From assembly GCA_032128115.1 (NCBI GenBank), contig JAQBHB010000092.1, positions 1 through 27,441 on the forward strand: a DNA stretch of 27,441 bases, written 5' to 3'. This DNA is from Deltaproteobacteria bacterium (GTDB taxonomy: Bacteria > Myxococcota_A > UBA9160 > SMWR01). Position numbers and translations under genes: made by a program. Positions 6,647 through 15,900 of the stretch are shown in pieces. How positions within the stretch are numbered: position 1 is the stretch's first letter; each line of letters starts with the position of its first letter. The notes under the pieces were generated by a model. It saw only the letters and a list, made by a program, of their open reading frames with translations. It was not told where the DNA came from and searched no databases.

Positions 6647-8839
6647 TCAACGCTCGGGGGTCGGCGTCCCGAAGCCACCCGGCTGCCGCGACGGCCGCAA
6701 GAAGAGATCGGTCTGTTGGGCCGGGGCGGCCTCCGGCGCCAGCTCCTGCAGGGTCTCGGACTCCGCTTCCAGCGCGGGACCTGCCGCCTCGGGGGGGGCT
6801 TCCGGGGCCGGCTCGGGGAGCACCCCGCGCTGAGTCTGCATGAACTCCTGGAAACGAGCGGAGAGGATCGGATTGTTCCGGACGATCTTCACCAGCGCAT
6901 CCAACTGGTCCTTGCGGAAACTCGGCGTGCGTCCATCCGGCGTGACATCGAGGAGCTGGCCAATGGCCGCCCCGAGCATGTCCGGGGACTGCTCCGAGAG
7001 CGCCAGCAACTGCTCGGGTTCAAAGAACCGGATCTCCTGCGGGTTGATCGTATCCAGATCCCCGAGTCGATGGGAGCGATCGAACTTGTTGGCGAATTCG
7101 ATCAGGTCCTTGCCGAGATAGCGGTCGGCCCGCAAGGTCACTTGCGGCTTGCCGGTCTGCTCGGCGATGGACTCCTGGCCGACGTTGAAGCCCTCCGCCC
7201 GGTTGACGAAGTTCACGATCACATCGGCCTTGTACTTGTTGAGCCCCTTGGCCATGATCTTCGCATCCTGATTCTTGGCGAGGATCTCCAACTGCGAACT
7301 GATGTCGCGGTCGGTGAAGCGGCCCCCCTTCTCGGAGGCGGCAGCGCCGAGGAAGGCGAGCTTCATCAGGTCGCTCGTGATCAGGGCCTTGTGCTCGGCC
7401 TGGGCACCCATCCGCCGGAACAACGGATCGAAGAGTCCCTCTTCCGTGGCCTTCGCTTCCATATCGTTGAAGAACTCCCGCTCGGAAACCCGATGGAATC
7501 CCCCCGGTCCCTCGAATCCGAATTCCAGATCCTCTTCTTCCCCGAGGAAGTCCTTGCGGATGGCTTTCGCATTCGCGTAGACATCGTTGATCATCCCCGG
7601 CAGATCGCCGCCCAGCCAGGTCGAGGCGGTCACGGACTTGGCCAGCTCCACCTGCACCCGGTTCGCGAGTCGGTACACGCCCTTGACCGCCGCCGCCGCC
7701 TCGCCGAACTCCTGCACGCTCTTGTTGCCGAGGAGTCCCACGCTGGACTTCAGTTCGTCCTGGCTGTTCGCGTTCAGCGAGCCCGGGAAGGCGCCCTGCT
7801 CGGCCGCGATGTCCTCATCGCGAGATCCCTTGCGGATGGCCTGGATGTCTCCGTTGGGATAGATCCACGGCCGAAAGTCTCCCCCGAGGCTGTCCTTCAC
7901 GCGCTTGCCCAGGTCGCTCGCGCCGCGGATCCCGAACTCCTCGAAGGCATTTGCGTTGTGGTCGATGGCCAGCATCTCCTCGGTAGACAAGCGCTCGGTC
8001 TTGTTGCCATCCCCCGAGTCTCGCATCACGTCATTCATGCGATTCACGTCGTCGATGTCGAAGAAGCCTGTCTCCTTGCGCATGGCCTCGAAGTTTTTTC
8101 CCATCCGCTCGCGCGCCCGTTCCATGAAGGGACCTAGCTTGTTGGCGACACCCGGGATCAGCTTGCGTTCCTGATTCAGTCCCACCTCCGTCAGCACCCG
8201 ATCGCGCAGGCCCTCGTTCTTCTCCAGTTGCTCCATGGTCTTGCCGATGTCGGCTCCGCTGAGGTCGATCAGGTTCCGCAGCGTCGGCGACTCCTCCGCC
8301 ACCTGCGCTGCGTGGCCGAGCTTCTTGATCCGCCGGGTCGCCGCCGTGATGAACACGTCTCCCGCGCCCTGCTGGAACATGTTGATGCGGTCGCGCGTCG
8401 TTTCCAACTGCTCGGGGGAGGTCCTGTCGTCCACCAGCGCCAGCGCTTGATCCGAAATCTTGATCGCGTTGTTGATGTTGGCGATGGCGTCCCGGTTGGC
8501 AGCGGTCGCTGCGGTCGAGCGACCGCCCGTCCCATCCGCCTGCCCCAACAGGGCCATCCCGATGCGCTGGAACTTCAGGCCCACCGCTCCCGGCAGGATG
8601 GTGCCCTGCGGGCCGGGGTCGAAGCTCTGGGGAATCGGCGCGAGGGCTCCCTCGCCTGGATCGAGCCCCAGCGACGGACTGCCGGCGGCACCGCCCCCCC
8701 CACCGGGCGCGGGCGGGACGACGTTGGGCTGCTGGATCGCATCCTCCGAGTTGCCCATCACGGCCCGCTGCGCTCTCGGGTCCACCGCGCCGAACGTGGC
8801 CTCGCCAGGCGCCTGTCGGCGAAGGTTCAGGTCGGCCAT
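6647..8839 (-). CDS. Internal virion / ejection protein (positional equivalent of P22 gp20)
   Basis: 730 aa, Pro/Gly-rich N-terminus then helical-looking; synteny. Confidence 0.68.
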   Translation of the reverse strand: MADLNLRRQAPGEATFGAVDPRAQRAVMGNSEDAIQQPNVVPPAPGGGGGAAGSPSLGLDPGEGALAPIPQSFDPGPQGTILPGAVGLKFQRIGMALLGQADGTGGRSTAATAANRDAIANINNAIKISDQALALVDDRTSPEQLETTRDRINMFQQGAGDVFITAATRRIKKLGHAAQVAEESPTLRNLIDLSGADIGKTMEQLEKNEGLRDRVLTEVGLNQERKLIPGVANKLGPFMERARERMGKNFEAMRKETGFFDIDDVNRMNDVMRDSGDGNKTERLSTEEMLAIDHNANAFEEFGIRGASDLGKRVKDSLGGDFRPWIYPNGDIQAIRKGSRDEDIAAEQGAFPGSLNANSQDELKSSVGLLGNKSVQEFGEAAAAVKGVYRLANRVQVELAKSVTASTWLGGDLPGMINDVYANAKAIRKDFLGEEEDLEFGFEGPGGFHRVSEREFFNDMEAKATEEGLFDPLFRRMGAQAEHKALITSDLMKLAFLGAAASEKGGRFTDRDISSQLEILAKNQDAKIMAKGLNKYKADVIVNFVNRAEGFNVGQESIAEQTGKPQVTLRADRYLGKDLIEFANKFDRSHRLGDLDTINPQEIRFFEPEQLLALSEQSPDMLGAAIGQLLDVTPDGRTPSFRKDQLDALVKIVRNNPILSARFQEFMQTQRGVLPEPAPEAPPEAAGPALEAESETLQELAPEAAPAQQTDLFLRPSRQPGGFGTPTPER

Positions 8840-9966
8840 GACGACCGGCCTCCCTCCTGACGACCGGCCTCCCGCTTGGCCAGCTCCTTCACGGCGGCGA
8901 ACAGCACGCCGATGGCGTCCATGAATTCGATCCGCACGCCGTCGCCCACGCCGAAGCCTGCCCGGAAGTCCTCGGCATAGGGTCCGATGTGCTCGCGGTC
9001 GTCCCCGAGGCGCTCGTCGTACTTCCAGCGGTCCACCTCGAGCCCCTCGAGAGCCCGCAGCACCTGCTCTCCGTCCACCCGCTCGATGAATGCCTTCAGG
9101 CTGCGAGCCGAGAGGGCGCTCCCTCCTGCGCCTGCGGCGCTCACCGCCGCGCCTGTTGAGAAGCCCCCCGCGAAGGTGCCGACCGTGGTCGCCGCCAGCC
9201 GCGGATTCTGGGCCACCGACAGGCTCTGCGCCGGAGATCCGATGCCGAGGATCGCGCCGCCGCCCTGCGGTCCCGCCACCAGTTGCTGCAGGTTGGCCTG
9301 CCGCGACTGCCGCAGGCGGTTCTGGAACTGGCGTACCGACTCCTGCAGGCCCCCGAATTCCCCGAGCGCCTGCGCGCTCTGGAAGCCCACCTGGATGCCC
9401 TGCTCCGCCTGCTGGCTGCGCACGCGACTGGAGAGCTGACCGATCTGGCTCACGCTCTCGCGCGTCACATCGGAGAAACGATTCTGGTTGGGGGTATCGC
9501 CCGGCCGCAGGCCCAACGACGGGGAAATCTCCCGGGTGATCTGTTCGATGCCCTTGCGCTGGACGTTCAGGATGTCCTCGGTGCCCGCCGCGATGGCCTC
9601 ATCGGATGCCTTGTCGATCAGCGCCTGCTGTTCGGGGGTCGCGACAAAGCCGTTCCGGAACTGCTCCAACTGGAGGTTGCGGGCTTCATTCGAGGCCGAG
9701 GTGGCGGCGGTCTCGGTGTCCACCTCCTCCTGGAACAACTGGCGCAGCGTCTCGGCGGTGAACACGTCGGAGCCGGCTTCCGCGCCAGCCTGCTGCTCTC
9801 CCTGCAGGGTGCTGGAGATCCGATTGGCCTGCTCTCGGAGACCCGAGGACCGCAGCAACTCGTCGAACTGCTGGATCGCAAGCTCGATCAGCGTGTCGAG
9901 GGCGGTCTGCTCCTCGGGTTCGATGTCCTGCAACTTGATCCGGGTTCGCGACTTGCTGACGCTCAT
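8827..9966 (-). CDS. Ejection/pilot-like protein with C-terminal peptidase S74 intramolecular chaperone domain
   Basis: Gln/Ala-rich helical body and Gly/Ala linker, then SARSLK..VL..L....WKY......HIGPYAEDF...FG.GDG..I...D.IGVLFAAVKEL, the S74 pattern. Confidence 0.8.
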   Translation of the reverse strand: MSVSKSRTRIKLQDIEPEEQTALDTLIELAIQQFDELLRSSGLREQANRISSTLQGEQQAGAEAGSDVFTAETLRQLFQEEVDTETAATSASNEARNLQLEQFRNGFVATPEQQALIDKASDEAIAAGTEDILNVQRKGIEQITREISPSLGLRPGDTPNQNRFSDVTRESVSQIGQLSSRVRSQQAEQGIQVGFQSAQALGEFGGLQESVRQFQNRLRQSRQANLQQLVAGPQGGGAILGIGSPAQSLSVAQNPRLAATTVGTFAGGFSTGAAVSAAGAGGSALSARSLKAFIERVDGEQVLRALEGLEVDRWKYDERLGDDREHIGPYAEDFRAGFGVGDGVRIEFMDAIGVLFAAVKELAKREAGRQEGGRSSWPT

Positions 9967-10382
9967 GACCCCACCTTCTGGATCATCATTTCACACTGGT
10001 TGATCGGCACCCATCCCCGTTCGACCACGGCCGCCCGATAGCTCGGGAGGTCGAAGGGGATCGTGCCACATCCGAGTTGGCTGCCACAGCCCTTCAAAAT
10101 GGACACCGCCGAGTACAGCAGCGCCTTCACGATGCGGGTTCTCGGCAGCAGTCCCATCTCCGAATCGACCAGCAGGAACTCGATGTGTCCGATGGGCTGC
10201 GAGGGAACCACCTGGAGAGCCCCCTGGATCTCACCCTCGACCACGGCCACCAGCCAGTTGTTGCCGACCCGGGTCCAGTCGATCTCCCAGTCCTCGAACT
10301 TGAAGCCTCCGAAGTGCTCGGCGAGGTAGGCCATGCGTTCGGCATCGGACGGGCTGGCGAAGCGGATTTGGAGTTTAGTCAT
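9963..10382 (-). CDS. GNAT-fold acetyltransferase-like virion assembly protein (P22 gp14 / T7 gp13 position)
   Basis: Start MTKLQIRFASPSD with GGAGGGG RBS. IRFA..D, WLVAVVEGEIQG and GHIEFLLVD are GNAT-like. Lies between tail and ejection genes. Confidence 0.7.
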   Translation of the reverse strand: MTKLQIRFASPSDAERMAYLAEHFGGFKFEDWEIDWTRVGNNWLVAVVEGEIQGALQVVPSQPIGHIEFLLVDSEMGLLPRTRIVKALLYSAVSILKGCGSQLGCGTIPFDLPSYRAAVVERGWVPINQCEMMIQKVGS

Positions 10383-12000
10383 CGCGTCCCCTCCGGTCGG
10401 TCCACGACAGCACACTCAGATGGATCGAGCCGACATCCGCGTTGGTCCCGAAGAATCGCACCCCCTGCGTGGTGTCGGTCAGGATCTCCACCCACATATT
10501 GTCATTGGCCGCGGACTGGCTGATCGCGAACTGGCTCACGGCCGCCTGATCGGTCTGATCGGTGGGATAGACGTGAATCTGCACCGCACTTCCATCCGTG
10601 TGACCCAGGTAAAACTTCGCCAACACCCGGATCCCAAGGGGACTCTGAGTGAGCGTCTGCGTGGATGCCACGGTGGTATTCAGGTTCGCGATGTTCGGTT
10701 CAGTTACCGACACATCCCATCGAAACAGGTCCCCATTTTGCTTGAAGTCGAGGATGTCTTTCGAGACATTAGTCAGGACGGACCCGATGCGCCGGTACTT
10801 CGTATAGCCGGAGTCAGAAAGCAGGTTCGTAGCGGTCACGCTCTTGTCGAATCCAGCATCGACCGTCCCCGAACCATTCTCGATCACGAAAACGTGGTAC
10901 CAAGTGTCTGCTTCGGCATCGCTGCCACCCGATGCGAAGTCCGTTGCATTCAAGCCACCCCCTGCACCCGCCACCCAGGTAGCGTCGATGTCCTTGGCCA
11001 AGGTCGTGCTGCGGATCAGGTTCGTGTCGTCCCCTGTATTGCGTGCCTGCCCCGCAGCGACCGTGATGGTGTTGGCGTCCGTGCGCGTCAACCCGAATCC
11101 CGCCAGGTAGTTGCGAGGCAACGGCAGTACGGAAACACTGGCCGGACCCGAGGCGTAGGTTGCCGCAGCAAAGGAGGACGCCGCGGAACCATTCGTGATC
11201 AGAACAGAATTGGCCGCGCCATCCGTATTGGGCCATGCGATCTGGGCATTCCCGATCAGTGTGGTTCCGGTGCCCGCAGCCCCGAGCTTCAGTTGTCCGG
11301 CTCCCTTGGCGTCCACATTCAGGCCCACGTCGGTCTCGCCCGTGGCCGCCAGGATCGGACCCACCACCCCCGTTGCCGCGTTGGTGATCGTCACCTCATT
11401 CACGGCGGAAGCCACATCGACGGCAATCAGGATCTCGTTGCCGGACTCATCCGCGAGGATCACGCTGCCCGTGGCCCCAGAGCGGAGAGACAGGCTTCCC
11501 GTTCCCTTGGCTCCGATCGTGAGCGGAACGTCGGTCTCGCCCGTGGCCAGGATGGTGGGCGCCGCGATGGTCGCGGCGCTGGTGATGGTCACCTCGTTCA
11601 CGGCCGCCGCGGTCGCAGCGAGAATCAGCATCTCCTCACCGTTCTTGGAGGAGAAGGCGATTCCGATGTCATCCTCCAGGAACTGCTCGACGACCGGGGC
11701 TGCGCCCGTGGAATTGGCGTAGAACTTCAGGCCCGTGACGGTGGTGCCATTCGTGTGGCCATCCATCACGAACAGGTCCACGCCGCGCAACTCGAAGTCG
11801 ATCTGGTCGTCGGTGCTCGCGGTGATGGAAGTGTCGGAGTCCACATCGAGCGTGATCTCGTTGCCGTTCATGTCGAAGGCCGAGGCCCTCGGACTCGACA
11901 ACGTATCCGCGTTGTTGAGGATGTTGTCGAACTCGGCATTCAAGTCCGCGAAGGTCAGCACCTCGGCGACCCAGTTCTTGATGCGCCCCAGCGATCCCAT
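10375..12000 (-). CDS. Tail fibre / needle-type protein
   Basis: N-terminal EVLTFADLNAEFDNI attachment-type motif, Thr/Ala/Gly-rich repeats, C-terminal domain with TWYHVFVI and YRRIGSVLT typical of phage fibres. Confidence 0.8.
   Translation of the reverse strand: MGSLGRIKNWVAEVLTFADLNAEFDNILNNADTLSSPRASAFDMNGNEITLDVDSDTSITASTDDQIDFELRGVDLFVMDGHTNGTTVTGLKFYANSTGAAPVVEQFLEDDIGIAFSSKNGEEMLILAATAAAVNEVTITSAATIAAPTILATGETDVPLTIGAKGTGSLSLRSGATGSVILADESGNEILIAVDVASAVNEVTITNAATGVVGPILAATGETDVGLNVDAKGAGQLKLGAAGTGTTLIGNAQIAWPNTDGAANSVLITNGSAASSFAAATYASGPASVSVLPLPRNYLAGFGLTRTDANTITVAAGQARNTGDDTNLIRSTTLAKDIDATWVAGAGGGLNATDFASGGSDAEADTWYHVFVIENGSGTVDAGFDKSVTATNLLSDSGYTKYRRIGSVLTNVSKDILDFKQNGDLFRWDVSVTEPNIANLNTTVASTQTLTQSPLGIRVLAKFYLGHTDGSAVQIHVYPTDQTDQAAVSQFAISQSAANDNMWVEILTDTTQGVRFFGTNADVGSIHLSVLSWTDRRGRDD
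11327..11548. repeat. Internal duplication in fibre gene (67-aa period)
   Basis: Identical 21-mer ACGTCGGTCTCGCCCGTGGCC at 11327 and 11528. Protein repeat AVNEVTIT.AAT....ILA.TGETDV.L...AKG.G.L.L. Confidence 0.85.
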
Positions 12001-12002
12001 CG

Positions 12003-13604
12003 TTAGTTCTCCAGGGACTCCGGACCAAAGGTCATCTTGGTCGAGATGGTCGTGACCTGAAGGTCCTCGTCCGCGTTTCCGTTTCTTACTTCGTACTGGA
12101 TCTCACGAAATTCGCCACCCGTCTCGAGAGCCATGAAGCGGTCCTGGAAGATGCTGCCTCCCAGCGTATCGGTATCGAGAAGGAAGCTGTCCAACGCCGC
12201 TCCGCCTCCCTGCGATACGGCCTGCGTCTGCTGGCCCCGTTGATCCGATTGCCAACCGAAGGTAATTGACCCCACGCCTCCAGCCCGGACTCCGATTGCG
12301 GCCGAGTGGATGGTCTTGATCACGAAGGGGTCTCCATAATTCAGGAAGGGCGTGACGGCTCGCATGGTGTACGCCAACGAGCCGTCGATGCTGCGATCCT
12401 CCCGGAACAGCTTGCGGATGAATCCATCGGTCCCGCCAGACATCGCGATGGCCTGGTTCTGGGCCGTGGTATCCACCATGCGCGCGACACAGGAGGCCGC
12501 ATCGTTCTCCCCCAGCGCCTCCAGGTAGCTCCAGCGCACCGGCTCGAAGCGGTAGTCCATGCAAAGCACCGCATTCGGGAAGAGTCCGCTGGTGATGGGG
12601 ACGGCGAACAACACGCAATCGAGGTTCTCGATCGTCGCCGCCCAACTCTGATTCAATCGGGAGAACACGACGTTCTCCAGCAGGAAGTTCCGGATCGGCC
12701 TGGACAACGCGGCCTCGATGAAGTCTCCGAAGGCTGCGGTGGCATTCAGGGAACGCACGCTTCCGTCGGACCACATGAAGCCAAGATCATCCCGGAACCG
12801 GAAGATGGTGTTCTGATGCACCGCGCCGATCCCTCGGATGAAGGTCGTGCGAGCGAAGGAGTCCCCCCCGGTGGGGGCCGATCCCGTGATGCGGTGGATG
12901 CTGCCCTTGTACGGCCCCTTGAAGACCCACAGTTCGTTCTTGTGAGAGGCCAGGGCGGTGATCTTGTCGCCATCCCCGGGGTCGATCGAGATGGATCCGG
13001 AGGTGACGCTTCCCCAATCTCCCGCAGGACCCGAAGCCGTGAGCGCGGGCGAGTAGTACAGGCCCGATGGATCTGCGGGTACACCCGCCGCCCAGAGCCT
13101 GTTTTTGTGGGGCTCGGAGAAGGAGAAGTTCGGCGTGTTCGTGCCGAGGGTCTGGAAGGTGGTCTGGTCGTAGGACTTCGGAACATCCCCCTCGCTCGCG
13201 ATGATGAGCAGATCGTCGAAGCTCGCATAGCTCGGGATCACATCGTCCGCGAGTCCCGTAGCTCCCGAGACGGTGGTAAAAGTCCCATCCCCATCCGACT
13301 CGACGATGATCGTGCCCGTATGCGCGATGAACTTCTGGCTCGGAGTGCCGCCAAGTCCCACCCGCCAGTAATCGACGAGTCCACGGATCTGCTCCGCGCT
13401 GTTGATCACCGTGCTGTTCAGCTTGGTCGTACCGCCCATCTTGTGCGGCCCGCCGTCGAACTCGAACAGAAGGTTCTTGGCGGTGGTCATGAACGGAATG
13501 CGCACCAGACCGTCAGGCGACAGCCCCACCTCGGCGTTGGGTCCAAAGTCCGTAGACCAACCGCCGTTGAACAGGTGCCGAAGGGTCTGTCGTTGGGTCG
13601 CCAT
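12003..13604 (-). CDS. Tail nozzle / hub protein (beta-propeller; P22 gp10 / T7 gp12 position)
   Basis: 533 aa, beta-rich, with HKNRLWAAG, LYYS and GDKITALASHKNELWVFK; directly follows the adaptor. Confidence 0.8.
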   Translation of the reverse strand: MATQRQTLRHLFNGGWSTDFGPNAEVGLSPDGLVRIPFMTTAKNLLFEFDGGPHKMGGTTKLNSTVINSAEQIRGLVDYWRVGLGGTPSQKFIAHTGTIIVESDGDGTFTTVSGATGLADDVIPSYASFDDLLIIASEGDVPKSYDQTTFQTLGTNTPNFSFSEPHKNRLWAAGVPADPSGLYYSPALTASGPAGDWGSVTSGSISIDPGDGDKITALASHKNELWVFKGPYKGSIHRITGSAPTGGDSFARTTFIRGIGAVHQNTIFRFRDDLGFMWSDGSVRSLNATAAFGDFIEAALSRPIRNFLLENVVFSRLNQSWAATIENLDCVLFAVPITSGLFPNAVLCMDYRFEPVRWSYLEALGENDAASCVARMVDTTAQNQAIAMSGGTDGFIRKLFREDRSIDGSLAYTMRAVTPFLNYGDPFVIKTIHSAAIGVRAGGVGSITFGWQSDQRGQQTQAVSQGGGAALDSFLLDTDTLGGSIFQDRFMALETGGEFREIQYEVRNGNADEDLQVTTISTKMTFGPESLEN

Positions 13605-14638
13605 CAGGGCAGATCATCCAGATGATCGAAGCGGTTATCGAGATCGAAGCGCCCGCCGCCGCCCGACCACGGGCGCTTGGCGCGCCGGGCATAGGCCCGG
13701 ACGCGCGGCACGATGCGCGCGTGCTTCTCGCCAATCTCCGTGTCGCCTGCAACCCGGGCCATCATCGTCAGATACTCCTGCGCCACATCGGCGGCCCGCT
13801 GGTCGTCGTCCTTGTCGCGGTACCAATGCCACAGGGCGTGCAGAAGCACGACGTGCCGGTAGCGCAGCGGAACGATGGGCTCATCGGTATCGGCCGAGAG
13901 CTGGATCTGCGCAGCCCCGGCCGCGCTCACCGCGAGATTCGCCGTGCCGTAGTGGTACGGGATCATGATGGCCGTGTTGGGGTAGGGGTAGAAGGCCACC
14001 TTCCGCAGCGGCGTGTCCGGAGCGCTGGCACCCAGCGTGGTCTGGTCGAGGATCGTAGCGGCCCGAGGCGTGCCCAGCGTGTAGGCCGTGGCGAAGCGCC
14101 GTCGGAACTCGTTGCGGCCGATCAGCTCGATGTTCGAGTTGTCGGCGAACTGGTGCTGATCCACGGGCCGCAGGAAGTCGCTCGCGAGGGTGTACTCATC
14201 CTCGAAGTAGACGTAGGTGGCCGTGGCGTCCGTGGTGCCGACGTAGTTGCTGGTGGCGGTCGCCACGGTGTCGCTCGTCACGGACAGGATCTTGTAGATT
14301 TCGCTGGTCCCATCCACCCGGAACTTGCCACCCGCCCGCAGGTTCGACTGGCCGTGGTCGTTGTTGGTGCTCCAGAGCGTGCCGGTCCCGGTCAGCGTGG
14401 CGCTTCCCTGCGTGACCGACACGGTGCCGGTCGAGTACGACGGGTGCGTGATCAGGACCCCGGGCCGCTCCGCCCATAGGAACACCTCGTGGAAGCTGAT
14501 GTGCATGTCGAACAGCGCGATGTTGATGTAGCGCTTGGCCTGGTCCTCGGTGGCCGTGACCCCGGTCTCCTTGCGAGACCGATTCTGGAGATCGGTGTAG
14601 AGGTCGCTGAAGGTGGTCAGTTGAGTCGTGGTGCTCAT
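13604..14638 (-). CDS. Head-tail adaptor (tail tubular A-like) with inserted beta domain
   Basis: Start MSTTTQLTTFSDL (ATGA overlap, AGGAAG). AKRYINIAL, YTLASDFLRP, FYPYP and DEPIVPLRYRHVVLLHAL match podoviral adaptor patterns. Confidence 0.8.
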   Translation of the reverse strand: MSTTTQLTTFSDLYTDLQNRSRKETGVTATEDQAKRYINIALFDMHISFHEVFLWAERPGVLITHPSYSTGTVSVTQGSATLTGTGTLWSTNNDHGQSNLRAGGKFRVDGTSEIYKILSVTSDTVATATSNYVGTTDATATYVYFEDEYTLASDFLRPVDQHQFADNSNIELIGRNEFRRRFATAYTLGTPRAATILDQTTLGASAPDTPLRKVAFYPYPNTAIMIPYHYGTANLAVSAAGAAQIQLSADTDEPIVPLRYRHVVLLHALWHWYRDKDDDQRAADVAQEYLTMMARVAGDTEIGEKHARIVPRVRAYARRAKRPWSGGGGRFDLDNRFDHLDDLP

Positions 14639-15900
14639 CGACACTTCCTTCCGCGGCGCTTCTTGTGGGGCTTGGTGCCGCACGGCGTGTAGCTCACCGT
14701 GAGCGTGGGGTCATCCGAGCCGTTGTCGCTGGTGTAGAACTCCATGAAGGTCTGAACGTCCGAGGTATCCGGATCCATCATCAGCGCAATCGGGTAGTTC
14801 TCATCGTAGAAGTCGGCCAGCACCCACCGTTGTATCACTTCCCCGAGATTGACCGTGAAGTCCGGGCTCAGCGAGGCGTCTCCCCATTCGTACAGGGTGT
14901 CGAGAACCGCGGGATCCGGGGCATCCACCGAGTTCGTGAAGCTCCCGTACAGGAATTCAGGGTGGTCGATGTTCGGTAAGACCGGACCCGTCGGCATCGG
15001 GATGTCCGCCGTGGACGCATAGGCGCTGGGATACCAACCCTGCGATCCGACCCCGGTATCCGCAGTAAAGGAGGCATAGCGGCCCGGAGCGCCAGGCCCC
15101 ACACCGGGGTTAGGAGCGCCTTCGGTGGCATTGTCCTTGTAGGTCACGCGAAGCATAGAATCCCCGGTCCAGTCACCATTGAGCCGGATCATGGCCGCCC
15201 CATTGTTCGGAATCACCACGCGATTGTCCCCCGAGAAGAATCCCGAGAAGGGAGCGGCGCCAGCTCCGAACACGATGTCATCGAAATCTCGGAGATCGCT
15301 GACCGCCAGCAGGCTGTCGTGCTCAAGCGTCGTCGCGTCGATCGACCACAGCTCGTACCAGACTTTCGCGCTCGGCTGGGAGTCGAAACGCCTCAGATCG
15401 AATGATGCAGTCGCCAGCTCTAAATCGAATCCCGAGGTGTTCACGAAGTTCTGGCCCGGGCACCGGATCCCGAGACTGGGTTTCAGTTCCTGAAGCCCGG
15501 TCGCGGGTACAGGGTTGATCGTTTCCAGTGGGGTGGCACTCAATTTGAACACGTTGTGTCCTGTCGCATTCTGCTCCCCCGTCTTCGAGAACCAAGGGCT
15601 CTGATCCCAGACCCCATCGGGAGCCAGCAAGCCAAGGCGCACCGTGAGCTGATTCGTCGTAGCCTGCTTGGAAGAAGTCAGCCCGAGCTTTGCCGCATGG
15701 ATCACCGAGCCCACCGGAATGTCCATCTGGAACAGCATCAACAGGACGAACCGCCCCTGGGATTTCGTCGTGCTCCTGCCTACCCGCATCGACGTAAGCT
15801 TGGAAAAGCCGGTCCACGGGGCCGCATAGAACTCCACATGGGTATCCCCGGTGCCATAGGTCGTGTCCTTGATCTTGTACGACTTCGTGATGATGCTCAT
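14635..15900 (-). CDS. 421-aa putative virion protein with DNRLRE/CBM96-like carbohydrate-binding signature
   Basis: Start MSIITKSY at an ATGA overlap. LLMLFQMDIPVGSVIHAAKLGL and FYTSDNGSDDPTLTVSY resemble the two ends of DNRLRE-type domains. Confidence 0.55.
   Translation of the reverse strand: MSIITKSYKIKDTTYGTGDTHVEFYAAPWTGFSKLTSMRVGRSTTKSQGRFVLLMLFQMDIPVGSVIHAAKLGLTSSKQATTNQLTVRLGLLAPDGVWDQSPWFSKTGEQNATGHNVFKLSATPLETINPVPATGLQELKPSLGIRCPGQNFVNTSGFDLELATASFDLRRFDSQPSAKVWYELWSIDATTLEHDSLLAVSDLRDFDDIVFGAGAAPFSGFFSGDNRVVIPNNGAAMIRLNGDWTGDSMLRVTYKDNATEGAPNPGVGPGAPGRYASFTADTGVGSQGWYPSAYASTADIPMPTGPVLPNIDHPEFLYGSFTNSVDAPDPAVLDTLYEWGDASLSPDFTVNLGEVIQRWVLADFYDENYPIALMMDPDTSDVQTFMEFYTSDNGSDDPTLTVSYTPCGTKPHKKRRGRKCR

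Noticed and set aside
3599..8137. Long plus-strand ORFs (680 aa, 743 aa) opposite the ejection genes
   Set aside because: Antisense shadows expected from GC-rich codon bias; no recognisable motifs, and the minus-strand genes form a coupled operon.
11327..11548. Possible DGR template/variable repeat pair
   Set aside because: Both copies are in-frame mid-gene, differences are not adenine-specific, and no reverse transcriptase is in the window.
10333..13625. Plus-strand 557-aa and 439-aa ORFs
   Set aside because: Mirror the fibre and nozzle genes on the opposite strand; composition typical of shadow ORFs.
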